This document shows, in pieces, positions 18,677-27,900 of a DNA stretch of 64,000 bases. Position 1 is the stretch's first letter, and each line of letters begins with the position of its first letter. The position numbers and the translations under genes are program-made. The stretch spans positions 427,543 through 491,542 of the forward strand of contig CAWDIH010000002.1 in the NCBI GenBank assembly GCA_963802415.1, given 5' to 3'. The DNA comes from an uncultured Acidimicrobiia bacterium (GTDB lineage: Bacteria > Actinomycetota > Acidimicrobiia > Acidimicrobiales > JACDCH01). A model generated the notes under the pieces. The model had not been told where the DNA came from. It saw nothing but the letters and a program-made list of their open reading frames with translations, and searched no databases.

Positions 18677-19408
18677 GTGACGCCTGATGTCCCGTACTAC
18701 CGACAACACCTTGCGCTCGTACATCACCTTGGTTTCGCCGCTCACGCCGACGCGTGCGCAGCGGGGATACTCAGACTCTTGGAGCCCGTGCGGGTTCGCG
18801 GGGGCGTGGTCGTGGAGTTGGGGTGTGGGAGCGGGCTGCTGACGAGGCATCTGGTCGATGCGGGTCACCGCGTGATCGCGACGGACGCCTCGCCCGCGAT
18901 GCTCGACCTGGCCCGTGAGCATGTCCAGGGCGTCGAAGACATTCGTCAGTTGGTCCTTCCGGACGACTCCATTCCTCCGGCAGACGCGATCGTGTCCATC
19001 GGTCACGTGTTGAGCTACCTGCAGGACGAAGAAGCCATCAACCGCGCCTTCGTCGCGATAGCAGAAGCTCTCGCACCGCACGGTGTCCTCGCGGTTGACA
19101 TCTGCGACCTCGAATGGGGTGAGATCCGCCGCGATGCGCCCGCGCAAGGCAGAGTCGGAGACGACTGGGCCATCATCACGGAGTACCCGACACCGGCCCC
19201 GAACCGATTCGTACGGCAAATGGCCGTGTTCATCCGCGACGACCACGGTGACTGGCACCGCGATGACGAACGACACGACAACGTGCTCGTCGACACCAGC
19301 CGCATCCCCGCGCTTCTTGCGCGGCACGGCATCGTGGCGCACGTCGGCGATCGGTTCGGCGACGCGGAGCTGCCAACCGGACTCCGGACGGTCATCGGAA
19401 CCCGATGA
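18677..19408 (+). CDS. class I SAM-dependent methyltransferase
   Basis: VVELGCGSGLLTRHL (motif I), DAIVSIGHVLSYL and LAPHGVLAVD. GTG start. Confidence 0.8.
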   Translation: MTPDVPYYRQHLALVHHLGFAAHADACAAGILRLLEPVRVRGGVVVELGCGSGLLTRHLVDAGHRVIATDASPAMLDLAREHVQGVEDIRQLVLPDDSIPPADAIVSIGHVLSYLQDEEAINRAFVAIAEALAPHGVLAVDICDLEWGEIRRDAPAQGRVGDDWAIITEYPTPAPNRFVRQMAVFIRDDHGDWHRDDERHDNVLVDTSRIPALLARHGIVAHVGDRFGDAELPTGLRTVIGTR

Positions 19409-19931
19409 ACGCCGAGTCGTCGCCGACGATCGCCTCGTGGATCTCGCCGAAGGCACGCAAGGGAGTGCCGAGCGGCATCGCTGGTCGCGGCCTGTTCGCC
19501 GTCACTGACATCGCCGCGGGTGAAGTGGTCGCGGTGAAGGGCGGACACATCGTGGAGACCGCGACGCTGACGGCGTTACCCGAGAACTACAGAACTCCGA
19601 CATTCAGATCGCCGAGAACCTGCACCTCGTCGCGCTCACCGATGAGGAGTACGAGCCCGTCATGCTCTTCATCAACCACTCGTGCGAACCGAACGTCGGG
19701 TTCGCCGGCAACGTCGTGTTGGTTGCCATGCGGAACATCGACACCGGCGAGGAGCTCACCACTGACTACGCGCTGTTCGACACTCCGACCGAGCCGATGA
19801 CCTGCGCGTGCAACACGCCGAGCTGCCGCAAGCTGATCACCGGCAACGACTGGCGCGACCCCGAGTTGCAGGCCCGATACGCCGGCTTCTTCTCCCGATA
19901 TCTGGAAGAACGACAGCGCCGCATTCGGTAG
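19405..19931 (+). pseudogene. SET-domain protein, frameshifted near 19585-19597
   Basis: N-terminal part GRGLFAVTDIAAGEVV is in ORF 19405. The core and post-SET part MLFINHSCEPN...GEELTTDY...CACNTPSCR is in ORF 19662-19931. ATGA overlap with the upstream methyltransferase stop. Confidence 0.75.
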
Positions 19932-19942
19932 GAGGGTGGTGC

Positions 19943-20662
19943 TCAGTGTCGGTCATGGGCACTTGGCAAGAGACGCCGCGCGATGCCCGGGTAGTCGATG
20001 ACGACACCATCGGCGTCGACCGCAATGTCGGCAGCGAACGAGCCGTCCGTCGCCTCGTAGCGGATCACGCGTTCGCCCGGGCTCATTCGCAGGGACAGGT
20101 AACGCTGGCTCTCCGGCCGCACGCTCAGGTCGGGAACCGATACCCACGCTGTTGTCAGCTCGACGGGCCCGCCGCCGGCGAGCAGTTCGTTGCGGAGGAT
20201 CGGCATGAGGTTCGTCACTGGCGAGAGGGCGAGATCGCAGTCGAGCGCGTTTGCGAGCGCGCCGGGGTCTCCGCCCGCTGCGGGCAGATCGGCGTCGCCG
20301 TCTTGGTAAGCGGTGATGGTCCAGACCCCCGCTTGGTCCCGCTGGAGGTCGAGTGAGCGGCGCCACCCCTCACCGATACTGCTCACGCGCAGCCGGGACG
20401 TGACGAAACCGGGTGTTGTGTCCAGCGAATAGTCGAGCCGGTACGGAACCGGCCGGTTACCGATCGCAACGCCGGTGGCAGTGAGCTGTCGTGGCGCGAG
20501 TTGGATCTCCGCGAACTCGATGCCGAAAGGATCGTCCTTCGCCCAGGCGACAGCACGATGTCGGTGCGTCGTTGCGGCGAAGCGAGCCGTGGCGAACCGC
20601 ACGGCCGTCAGCCGTGTACGTCGCGTCGATCGGGTGTGTGCAGTCCTGCGGCCAGCCACCAC
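19943..20662 (-). CDS. putative glycolipid-binding domain protein
   Basis: CDLALSPVTNLMPILRN and FAADIAVDADGVVIDYPGIARR resemble the family I recall as PF06475. The true start is probably internal (~20600) because the 5' end overlaps the upstream gene. Confidence 0.6.
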   Translation of the reverse strand: MVAGRRTAHTRSTRRTRLTAVRFATARFAATTHRHRAVAWAKDDPFGIEFAEIQLAPRQLTATGVAIGNRPVPYRLDYSLDTTPGFVTSRLRVSSIGEGWRRSLDLQRDQAGVWTITAYQDGDADLPAAGGDPGALANALDCDLALSPVTNLMPILRNELLAGGGPVELTTAWVSVPDLSVRPESQRYLSLRMSPGERVIRYEATDGSFAADIAVDADGVVIDYPGIARRLLPSAHDRH

Positions 20663-21090
20663 GCTCCGCCACGGCGGACGAGCACGAACAGCGCAAGCTC
20701 GTCGAACGAATCAGCCCGCCCTACCTGCTCGGCGGCGTGGTCCCCGAGGGCGAATCGGCGCACGTAGGCGATCGCCACATCCTCCGCCACGAGGCGAGCG
20801 TGTTCGATCTCGTATCGGGAGCCGCTGTCGGTGGGAAGTCGCGCCCGCGCAGGGGCGAACATGCGGGTGTGAATCGTGTGGATCTCGTCGTAGCCGTCTA
20901 CGACCGCCCCGAATGGGCTTCCCCACAAGACGTCTTGCGCGAAGGCATGGTTGAACAGGTCAGCGTCCGCGGAGTCGATCGCCATCTGCAAACCGGCAAC
21001 GAACGGCTCCACCGCCTCCATGCCGTGGCCGAGCGCCAGGACGGGCCGTTCGGTCACCTCTGAGTTCCCCTGGTCCATCGGGCCGACCAT
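20608..21090 (-). CDS. SgcJ/EcaC-type NTF2-like (DUF4440) protein
   Basis: DADLFNHAFAQDVLWGSPFGAVVDGYDEIHTIHTRMF...WWLAAGLHTP. Start set at ATG 21090, downstream of the preceding stop. Confidence 0.65.
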   Translation of the reverse strand: MVGPMDQGNSEVTERPVLALGHGMEAVEPFVAGLQMAIDSADADLFNHAFAQDVLWGSPFGAVVDGYDEIHTIHTRMFAPARARLPTDSGSRYEIEHARLVAEDVAIAYVRRFALGDHAAEQVGRADSFDELALFVLVRRGGAWWLAAGLHTPDRRDVHG

Positions 21091-21112
21091 AAGACCTCCA
21101 CCTGGCGTCGGC

Positions 21113-22090
21113 TCAGATGACAAGGAGGGTCTTCCCCAGGGTGGCACGGGCCTCGATCGCGGCGTGCACGTCGGCCGCGTGCATGAGCGGAAAGGTTTGG
21201 CCGATGGTCGGACGCAGGACGCGACCGGCGGTGAGCGCGAGGGCTTGCTCGACGAGTCCGTGGAGATCCGCGGGCCCGTGGTCCAACGCGGTCAGTGGGA
21301 TCGTTGTGATGCCGCGGGCGGCGAGCGTGTCCAGATCGACTTCGCCCCACGCGCCACTGGCCGCGCCGTGCGGGAGATACCGGCCACTTCTCGCCATGCG
21401 CGCCACGAGGGATGCACTCGTGGGTCCGCCGACGCCGTCGAAGACGACGTCGAGACACTGGTGGCCGCCGAGGAGTCGGTCCAGCACGGCCCGCCAGTCG
21501 GACCGGCGATAGTCGATGGCAACCGAGGCGCCGAGGTCGAGGGCGTGATCGAGTTTCTGCGGCGCGCCCGCGAGCGCGACGACGATCGCGCTCGCGGCGT
21601 GCGCGAGTTGCACGAGCAGGCTGCCGACCCCGCCGCCGGCGGCGGTGACGACGACGGTCTCGCCGCCGACGATTCGCGCGGCCCGCACGAGGGCGAGCGC
21701 GGTGCGGCCATCCGCCAGTAACGCCACCGCGCTGGAAACGTCGACGCCTTGCGGGATGCGATGCAGGTCGGAAACCGCGGCCAGCGCGCAGGTCGCATAG
21801 CCACCACGACCGCCGGTGGTGGCCACAACCGGTGTGCCCAGCCAAGCGCTGTCGAGGTCGTCACCGACCGCCACGACCGTGCCGCCGACGCCATTGCCGA
21901 GCACGAGGGGAAACTCGTCGGGGTCGAGCGGCCGCGGGCCGCCTCCGGCGCGGACCTGTGTGTCGATGAAGGTCGTGGCCGCTACCTCGACGGCGATCAG
22001 CACTTGACCAGGGACGGGTGTCGGGTTCGGGAGTTCGACGGGCTCGAGGACGGCCGGCGGGCCCGGTCGCGTGGCGATCACTGCGTGCAT
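21113..22090 (-). CDS. NADPH:quinone oxidoreductase / MDR family
   Basis: 325-aa ORF with VLIAVEVAATTFIDTQVRAG and VVVTAAGGGVGSLLVQLA. Confidence 0.85.
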   Translation of the reverse strand: MHAVIATRPGPPAVLEPVELPNPTPVPGQVLIAVEVAATTFIDTQVRAGGGPRPLDPDEFPLVLGNGVGGTVVAVGDDLDSAWLGTPVVATTGGRGGYATCALAAVSDLHRIPQGVDVSSAVALLADGRTALALVRAARIVGGETVVVTAAGGGVGSLLVQLAHAASAIVVALAGAPQKLDHALDLGASVAIDYRRSDWRAVLDRLLGGHQCLDVVFDGVGGPTSASLVARMARSGRYLPHGAASGAWGEVDLDTLAARGITTIPLTALDHGPADLHGLVEQALALTAGRVLRPTIGQTFPLMHAADVHAAIEARATLGKTLLVI

Positions 22091-22108
22091 GGCGCGCTTC
22101 TCGCGGAG

Positions 22109-23724
22109 TTAGGCGACGTCTGCGTCGAGGTCGACCAACGCAATCGGCTGCACGCTCACGTCTGATGTGTCGCGCTGCGGACGATCGCGGGGCAGATACC
22201 GGCGCACGAACCCGAGCGTGACGAGCAGCGCGAACGCGGCGATGAGCAGCGCGGGCACTCATTGCATTCACGTAAGCGGCACGTGCCGCGGCCGCGAGCG
22301 CGACACCGCCATCGCCGAGGCGGTCGGCCTCGAGGATGGCGGCGCCAAGGGAATGCTGCGCCGTGGTCGCGCTGGATCCCGCGAGTCCGTCGACGTGCAG
22401 GTTGGCGCGGTATCCCGATGCGAGGAGGCTGCCGAGGACCGCGATGCCCAGCGAACCGCCGACCTCCCGCGCCGTGTCGTTGACCGCGGAGCCGACGCCG
22501 GCCTTGGCGACCGGAATGGATGCCATGATCGCACCGGTCGCGGGCGCGCCGATGTTGCCCATGCCGGCACCCAGGAGCACGAGACCCACCGCAAGCACCC
22601 AGTAGCTGGTGTGAAGGTCGACGCTGGCGAGAACACCGAATGCTGCGATCGCGAGTACGAGCCCTGCGCTGATGACGGCTCGCCGCCCGAAGCGCTCGGC
22701 CCACCGCGCGCTGCGGGGCGCGGTCACCATCATCATCACCACCATCGGTAGCGTCCGCACGCCCGCCTGCAACGGCGTGTAACCCCGCACGAGCTGCAGG
22801 TACTGCGTCATGAGGAACCACATACCGAACATGGCGAAGAACGTCAGCGCGATCGTCGTCGTGCCAACGCTGAACGCCGGATTGGAGAAGAAGCGCAAGT
22901 CGAGCATGGGCGTCGGGCACGCACGTTCCCATGCGATGAACGCCACCACTGCGGCAGCGGCGACCACGAACCCGGCGATCGTGAGCGGGTCGGTCCATCC
23001 CAGTTCGGGCCCTTCGATGATCCCGAACAACAACGCGCCCAGTCCGACGATCGACAGCAGCGCGCCGAGCAGGTCGAAGGGAGCGCCGCTGGGGTCCCTC
23101 GACGTGGGCACGAGCACCGCCACGAGCGCGAGCGCGATCGCGGTGATCGGCACGTTGACGAAGAAGACCGAGCCCCACCAGAAATGGTTCAGGAGCCACC
23201 CGCTCCCGATGATGCCGATGGCTGCGCCCGATGCCGCGAAGCCCGCCCAGATGGCGATAGCCCGCGCCCGCTCGTGCGGCGGGAACACGGCGGCGAGGAT
23301 GCTGAGCGTGCCCGGCATGATCGAGCGCGGCGCCGAGACCTTGCACGGCGCGGATGGCGATGAGTGATGCAGGGTCGTCGGCGGTGGTCGCGAGCAGCGA
23401 CATGCTGCCGAACACCCCGAGCCCGACGAGCAGCGCGCCTTTTCGTCCGAAGCGGTCGCCCACCGCGCCAGCGGTGAGCAGCAGACCGGCGAACACGAGG
23501 GCATAGGCATCGACGATCCATTGCAGTTGCGTGGACGAAGCATTGGTGTCGCGCACGAGGCTCGGGATGGCGAGGTTGAGCGAGGAGTTGGCGGTCATGA
23601 CGACCACGAGGCTCAGCACGAGGATGCCGAGGATCCACCAACGACGGTCGTCCGCTCGCGAAGCGAGCGGCGGGGCGGATGGCGCCGCCGGAAACGAACC
23701 TGTGGTGTCGAAGCGAGGAGGCAT
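22109..23724 (-). pseudogene. MFS transporter (DHA2/EmrB-QacA type), two frameshifts (~23320 and ~22258)
   Basis: The N-terminus (WWILGILVLSLVVVMTANSSLNLAIPS...AIRAVQGLGAAL) is in the frame of ORF 22156-23811. The middle (IMPGTLSILAAVFPPHERARAIAIW...AAYVNAM) is in the frame of ORF 21861-23543. The last TM (VPALLIAAFALLVTLGFVRRYLP) is in the third frame, ending at TAA 22109-22111. Confidence 0.8.
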
Positions 23725-23756
23725 TGGAGCAATCGTCCTGTTGAGTCGGGTGGTGG

Positions 23757-24329
23757 TCAGGCGTCGTAGGGGCGGGTCTCGCGCGCGGTTCGCAGCGCCG
23801 TGGCCCACCACGCGAGTTGGTCGAGCATCTTCTTGGCGGCGGCGTTGAAGCGGGCGGCGTCGACGGGCTCACCCGACGTCGAAAACGCGGCGTGGGCGAG
23901 GTGCAAGCTCACTGTGTCGCGCACGGTCGTGGCATGCAGCTCCGCGAAGACTTGACGTAGTTGCTCGACGGCCCGGAGCCCTCCGGCTATTCCCCCGTAG
24001 GAGACGAACGCCACCGGCTTGGCCCGCCACTCGTGATAGGCGAGGTCGATCGCCTGCTTCAGCGACGCGGGATAGCCATGGTTGTACTCGGGGGTCACGA
24101 CGACGAAGGCGTCCGCTCGGTCAAGTCGTGCGACGTACGCATGCACCCCAGCGCTTCGTTCCTGCGGGTACACGGTGGGGAGGTCGAGGTCGGCAAGGTC
24201 AAGGACATCGAGGCTCATGTCGGCGCGCTGTTGCGCCTCCCCGACGAACCACGACGCAACCGTCGGTCCGAACCGGCCCTCGCGGGTGCTGCCGACGATG
24301 ACCGCGACATTCAGTGCTTCTTCCGGCAT
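23757..24329 (-). CDS. NADPH-dependent FMN reductase family protein
   Basis: VAVIVGSTREGRFG...VVVTPEYNHGYPASLKQAID...FVSYGG. Confidence 0.85.
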   Translation of the reverse strand: MPEEALNVAVIVGSTREGRFGPTVASWFVGEAQQRADMSLDVLDLADLDLPTVYPQERSAGVHAYVARLDRADAFVVVTPEYNHGYPASLKQAIDLAYHEWRAKPVAFVSYGGIAGGLRAVEQLRQVFAELHATTVRDTVSLHLAHAAFSTSGEPVDAARFNAAAKKMLDQLAWWATALRTARETRPYDA

Positions 24330-24336
24330 CTGATCG

Positions 24337-24367
24337 ACCGTAACTTTTGAAGTTCACTTGAAGTCAA
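24337..24367 (-). promoter_or_regulatory. candidate MerR/SoxR-type promoter of the FMN reductase gene
   Basis: On the minus strand: TTGACT, then a 19-nt spacer (TCAAGTGAACTTCAAAAGT), then TACGGT, with the ATG 7 nt downstream (leaderless-like). The spacer matches the E. coli soxS SoxR box as I recall it at 13/18. However, it reads more as a direct repeat (TTGAAGT twice) than a clean palindrome. Confidence 0.4.
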
Positions 24368-24392
24368 GAGAGTGCGGTGTAGCCTGCGTCAC

Positions 24393-24846
24393 ATGGTGGA
24401 CGGCGAGCCGCTGACGATCGGTGCGCTCGCAGAGCGGACCGGTGTGGCGACGTCCGCGCTGCGGTTCTACGAGGCCGAGGGACTCATCCACGCCACCCGA
24501 TCCGAGGGGGGTCAGCGGCGCTACGCGCGCGACACGATCCGGCGGGTCTCGTTCATCCGCGTCGCGAAGGAAGTCGGGCTCACCCTCGACGACATCCGTT
24601 CGGCCCTCGCCTCGTTGCCCGACGACCGGACGCCGACCAAGAGGGACTGGGCGCGACTGTCCGCCGGGTGGCGCCCCCGGATCGAGCACCAGATCGCCGT
24701 CCTCGAGCGATTGCGCGACCGGTTGACCGGCTGCATCGGCTGCGGCTGCCTCTCGCTGCAACGCGTGCCGATTGCTCAACCCCGGCGACGAAGCCGCCGC
24801 TCGGGGACCTGGGCCACGGTATGTGCTCGACGATGACCCGTCGTAG
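24393..24846 (+). pseudogene. soxR: SoxR (MerR-family redox-sensing regulator), frameshifted at ~24765 inside the [2Fe-2S] motif
   Basis: MerR HTH LTIGALAERTGVATSALRFYEAEGLI. CIGCGCLSLQR is followed in the +1 frame by CRLLNPGDEAAARGPGPRYVLDDDPS and a stop at 24844-24846. This restores CxxCxCx5C. The annotated frame loses the fourth Cys. Confidence 0.8.
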
Positions 24847-24868
24847 TGGCCTCCCGCGGGCGCCACGT

Positions 24869-24996
24869 CGCGCACATTGTCGACTCACCGACCGATTTCA
24901 GTGGCTGGGTCGACACAGACGCGTCCACGCCGCAGTCTGTGTCCGCTGAGCGACCGATCTGGTGGCTGAGTCGACACAGAAGTCTCTGCTGCGGAC
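24869..24996 (+). repeat. palindromic hairpin repeat array, locus B (2 units plus a degenerate tail)
   Basis: Starts CGCGCACATTGTCGACTCACCGAC, 23 nt after the restored soxR stop. The units are separated by a 14-nt spacer. Confidence 0.9.
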
Positions 24997-25261
24997 GTTG
25001 AAGGCCGATCGCTTTCGGCGACGCGCTCGAACCCCGACCCACCGCGCGGCGAGAGCGTCGGCGCCGGCGGCCGGGCGAGCGGCCATGAGACCGATGACAC
25101 GCTCCGGTTTTGTGCGTAGCCGTCAAAATTGAGCCGGATCAATCGTCTTGCTCCAGACCCGCACACGAAGGTGATCACCATGATTTTCGTGCACGGTCCC
25201 GGGCGAAGGAGACGAACCATGCCAAGCGCTCGCAGTCGTCGGACCGCTCCCTTCCGAGGGT

Positions 25262-25286
25262 GGCCGGCCTATTACTTGGGCCGGCC
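25262..25286 (-). terminator. GC-rich hairpin downstream of the NmrA-like gene
   Basis: GGCCGGCC-tattacttg-GGCCGGCC lies 24 nt past the stop at 25310. A second small hairpin (GTGGCGcgaCGCCAC) abuts the stop. No U-tract. Confidence 0.4.
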
Positions 25287-25309
25287 GGTGAACCGGTGGC
25301 GCGACGCCA

Positions 25310-26206
25310 CTAGTCCGCGCCGGCGGCCCGACGCGCCGACTCCCTGACACCGACCACGCGGCCAGTTGCATCGGATGCAAACGCGCCGGTGTGGGCTTCG
25401 ACCCACTGCAAGAAGCTGCGCGACCCATGGCCAGTGACCTGCGCAACCGTGTCAACAACGGCGGCGTCGTCGAACTCCCCATCTGAGAAGAACCGAAAGA
25501 GGGCGTCCACGAACTCTGCAGGGGTGTCGACCGCCATGCGGGCTCGCGCCACGTCGTCATCGAGCGCGACGAAGCGGAGCGGCCGGCGAAGGACCTGCCC
25601 GAGGATGTCGACTTGTTCGCCAGGCGTCAGGGACTGCGGACCGCTCAGCGAGAGGGCGGTCTGTTCGTGGTTGGGTTCGGTCAAGACCGTGGCCGCGACC
25701 GCGGCGATGTCAGCCGGATCAATGGACGCGATGCGAACGTTCGGCCACGGCGCTTCGACGACGTCGCCGCGCACGAGTTGGGGGAGCCACCGCAGCGCGT
25801 TGGAGTGAAAGCCGCTCGGTCGGAGCACCGTCCAGGGGATCCCCGATCCCTCGACCGCGCGCTCGGATTCGAGCCACATGCCGGTAATGGCATTGTCGGC
25901 CTGTCCACCGACGACGCAGCGCGACGTGAGGAGGACGATGTGTTCGACGCCTGCTCGCTGCAGGCGCTCGAGAACGTCCGGCATGGTGCTGAAGCCGCCC
26001 AGGAGGAAGACCTTGCGGATCCCGTGGAGCAGCGCGTCGAGGCTGTCGGGAGCGCCGAGGTCGCCGCGCGCGACATCGACCTCGGCTGGGAACTGCTCGG
26101 CGTCCTCGGGCTTGCGGAAGAGCGCACGAACTGGCGCGCCGCGGTTGACGAGCGCAGTGGTCAGCTCACGGCCGACGTTGCCGGTGGCTCCCGTGACCAG
26201 GATCAT
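25310..26206 (-). CDS. NmrA-like / NAD(P)H-binding atypical SDR
   Basis: MILVTGATGNVGRELTTAL. Start ATG 26206 follows GGAGGG and overlaps the upstream stop (ATGA). The 615-aa track ORF is two genes read through. Confidence 0.85.
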   Translation of the reverse strand: MILVTGATGNVGRELTTALVNRGAPVRALFRKPEDAEQFPAEVDVARGDLGAPDSLDALLHGIRKVFLLGGFSTMPDVLERLQRAGVEHIVLLTSRCVVGGQADNAITGMWLESERAVEGSGIPWTVLRPSGFHSNALRWLPQLVRGDVVEAPWPNVRIASIDPADIAAVAATVLTEPNHEQTALSLSGPQSLTPGEQVDILGQVLRRPLRFVALDDDVARARMAVDTPAEFVDALFRFFSDGEFDDAAVVDTVAQVTGHGSRSFLQWVEAHTGAFASDATGRVVGVRESARRAAGAD

Positions 26207-27151
26207 GATGCGCCCTCCAATCCGTGGCTGGTGCTCACGCTGCCAATGACTTCGAGGACGGCCTTGCCGCTCACCGTGCGTGACAGCAGGGCGGTGGCGG
26301 CTTCGCCGGCCCGGTGCCAGGGGCCGCGCCAGCCGATTTGAGGGTCGAGTTGGCCGGCGCCCACGAGCGTCAGCACGTCCGCGAGGTCCGCTCCGAATGC
26401 GGAGCCCACGTTGAACGCCTCGATCCGCGCTCCGCCGCGTCGTCGTGCCTGCTCGAAGTCGATCGTCGTCGGTTGCCGAGACGCCACTCCGATGCTCAGC
26501 GCAACCCCGCCGGCGTCGAGCAGCGCGACGGACTGCGCGAGCGTGGGACCGCCCACCATGTCGAGCGCGGCCGCGACCGGTTCGGAGACTGCATCGAGTC
26601 CGACCACCACTTCGGCGGCACCCAGCGCTTCGAGTTCCTCTACGCGTCGAGCTTCCGGCTGAAGCGACGACATGGGCGCCAGCGCGCGCTGCCAGCTGGA
26701 CGGCATATCGACCGACGCCGCCCGACGCGCCAGTGATGAGCACCCTCCGGTCGCGCACCGAACCGAGTTGGCGCAACGCCCGCAATGCCGTCACTCCGGC
26801 AGCCGTCACTGCCGCGGCCGAAGCCAGATCCACCGCTTCCGGAACGGGAGCGAGTTCGGTGACATCGACTGCACGCAGCACTGCCCATGCTCCCGACCCG
26901 CCAAACGACGCGACACGTGCGCCGAGCGGTGGACCGGATCCGTCACGCGCTTCCGCGACGACGCGTCCGGCGGCGTCGAATCCCGGTACGTCGCCGGGCG
27001 CAAGTCTCTCGTGCATGTAGGCGACGTCTGCGAAGTTCACCGACGCCGCCTCCACCTCGAGCAGGGCTTCCGATGGGCCGGGGTCGGGATCGGCCACCTC
27101 GCGCAGCGCGAGGGTCGTCGGCTCAGCGGGGTCGTAGACGAGCGCACGCAT
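26203..27151 (-). pseudogene. NADPH:quinone oxidoreductase / MDR family, frameshifted near 26655-26668
   Basis: The N-terminal part (MRALVY...VLITGASGGVGRYAVQLAARAGAHVVAS) is in one frame. The C-terminal part (PEARRVEELEALGAAEVVV...GKAVLEV) is in ORF 26203-26706. AAGGAG lies 6 nt before ATG 27151. Confidence 0.8.
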
Positions 27152-27174
27152 CACCATCTCCTTACGAGATTGGC

Positions 27175-27255
27175 GGACTGATCGGTCCGGGACTGGTCAG
27201 TCCGTTATAACTTGCGGCACACGAACGGTCAACCGCTTATGGGACTGATCGGTCC
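27175..27255. promoter_or_regulatory. three copies of a GGACTGnTCnGTCC dyad (candidate TetR operators) in a divergent promoter
   Basis: GGACTGATCGGTCC at 27175-27188, GGACTGGTCAGTCC at 27190-27203 and GGACTGATCGGTCC at 27242-27255. The last two are each followed by GTTAYAA (TACAAT -10-like at 27258-27263). Confidence 0.6.
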
Positions 27256-27279
27256 GTTACAATGCACAGAGGAGGTCCG

Positions 27280-27879
27280 ATGGCGCGTCAACGAGCACCG
27301 GGTGCACGCGATCGCATCCTCGACAGCGCTGGACGCCTGTTCAGCGAACATGGTGTGCGCGCCGTCGGCATGCAACAGATCATCGACGAGTGCGGATGCG
27401 GGAAGAACCTTCTGTACCGCGAGTTCGCCAGCAAGGACGATCTCGTTGTCGCCTACCTCGAGCGTTGTCAGCAGGAGTGGACGGCCATCATGGATGAGGC
27501 AAGTCGCCCCTTCGCCGGTGACCCGGCGGCGCAGCTCGTCGCACTGGTCCGCGCCGTGGTCCAGCAAGTGGAGGCTCCGGACTTTCGCGCCTGTCCCTTC
27601 CGCACAACCCACGCGGCGTTCCCTGGGGACCACCCGGCTCATCGAGTGACCGTCCGACACGTCAAGAACCTGCGGACTCGGCTACGAGGCTTGGCGAAGC
27701 AGGCGAGCGCGCGAGATCCCAACCTCCTCGCCGACCGGCTCATGTTGATCATCGACGGGCTGTACATCAACGGGGCGATGCTCGGACGTACCGGCTCGGC
27801 CGCCGCTGCCGCCGACCTCGCCGAAGAGTTGGTACAGGAAGCGACCGTCAGGCCGCGGCGCTCGCGGTCGCGAGGCTGA
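27280..27879 (+). CDS. TetR/AcrR-family transcriptional regulator
   Basis: RDRILDSAGRLFSEHGVRAVGMQQIIDECGCGKNLLYREFASKDDL. GGAGG lies 5 nt upstream of ATG 27280. Confidence 0.85.
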   Translation: MARQRAPGARDRILDSAGRLFSEHGVRAVGMQQIIDECGCGKNLLYREFASKDDLVVAYLERCQQEWTAIMDEASRPFAGDPAAQLVALVRAVVQQVEAPDFRACPFRTTHAAFPGDHPAHRVTVRHVKNLRTRLRGLAKQASARDPNLLADRLMLIIDGLYINGAMLGRTGSAAAAADLAEELVQEATVRPRRSRSRG

Positions 27880-27900
27880 GAGATGTCTGCTGGGCGTCCC

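Noticed and set aside
25129-25347. A small ORF containing VITMIFVHGPG, reminiscent of an alpha/beta-hydrolase N-terminus. It also has an internal AAGGAGA-ATG start.
   Set aside because: It is too short and the remainder is Arg-rich. It runs through the terminator hairpin and into the convergent gene. At best it is a decayed remnant.
25310-27157. A single 615-aa ORF suggesting a QOR-NmrA fusion protein.
   Set aside because: The middle ~170 aa are Arg-rich out-of-frame read-through. The NmrA-like gene has its own RBS and ATG at 26206, overlapping the frameshifted QOR stop at 26203. These are two genes.
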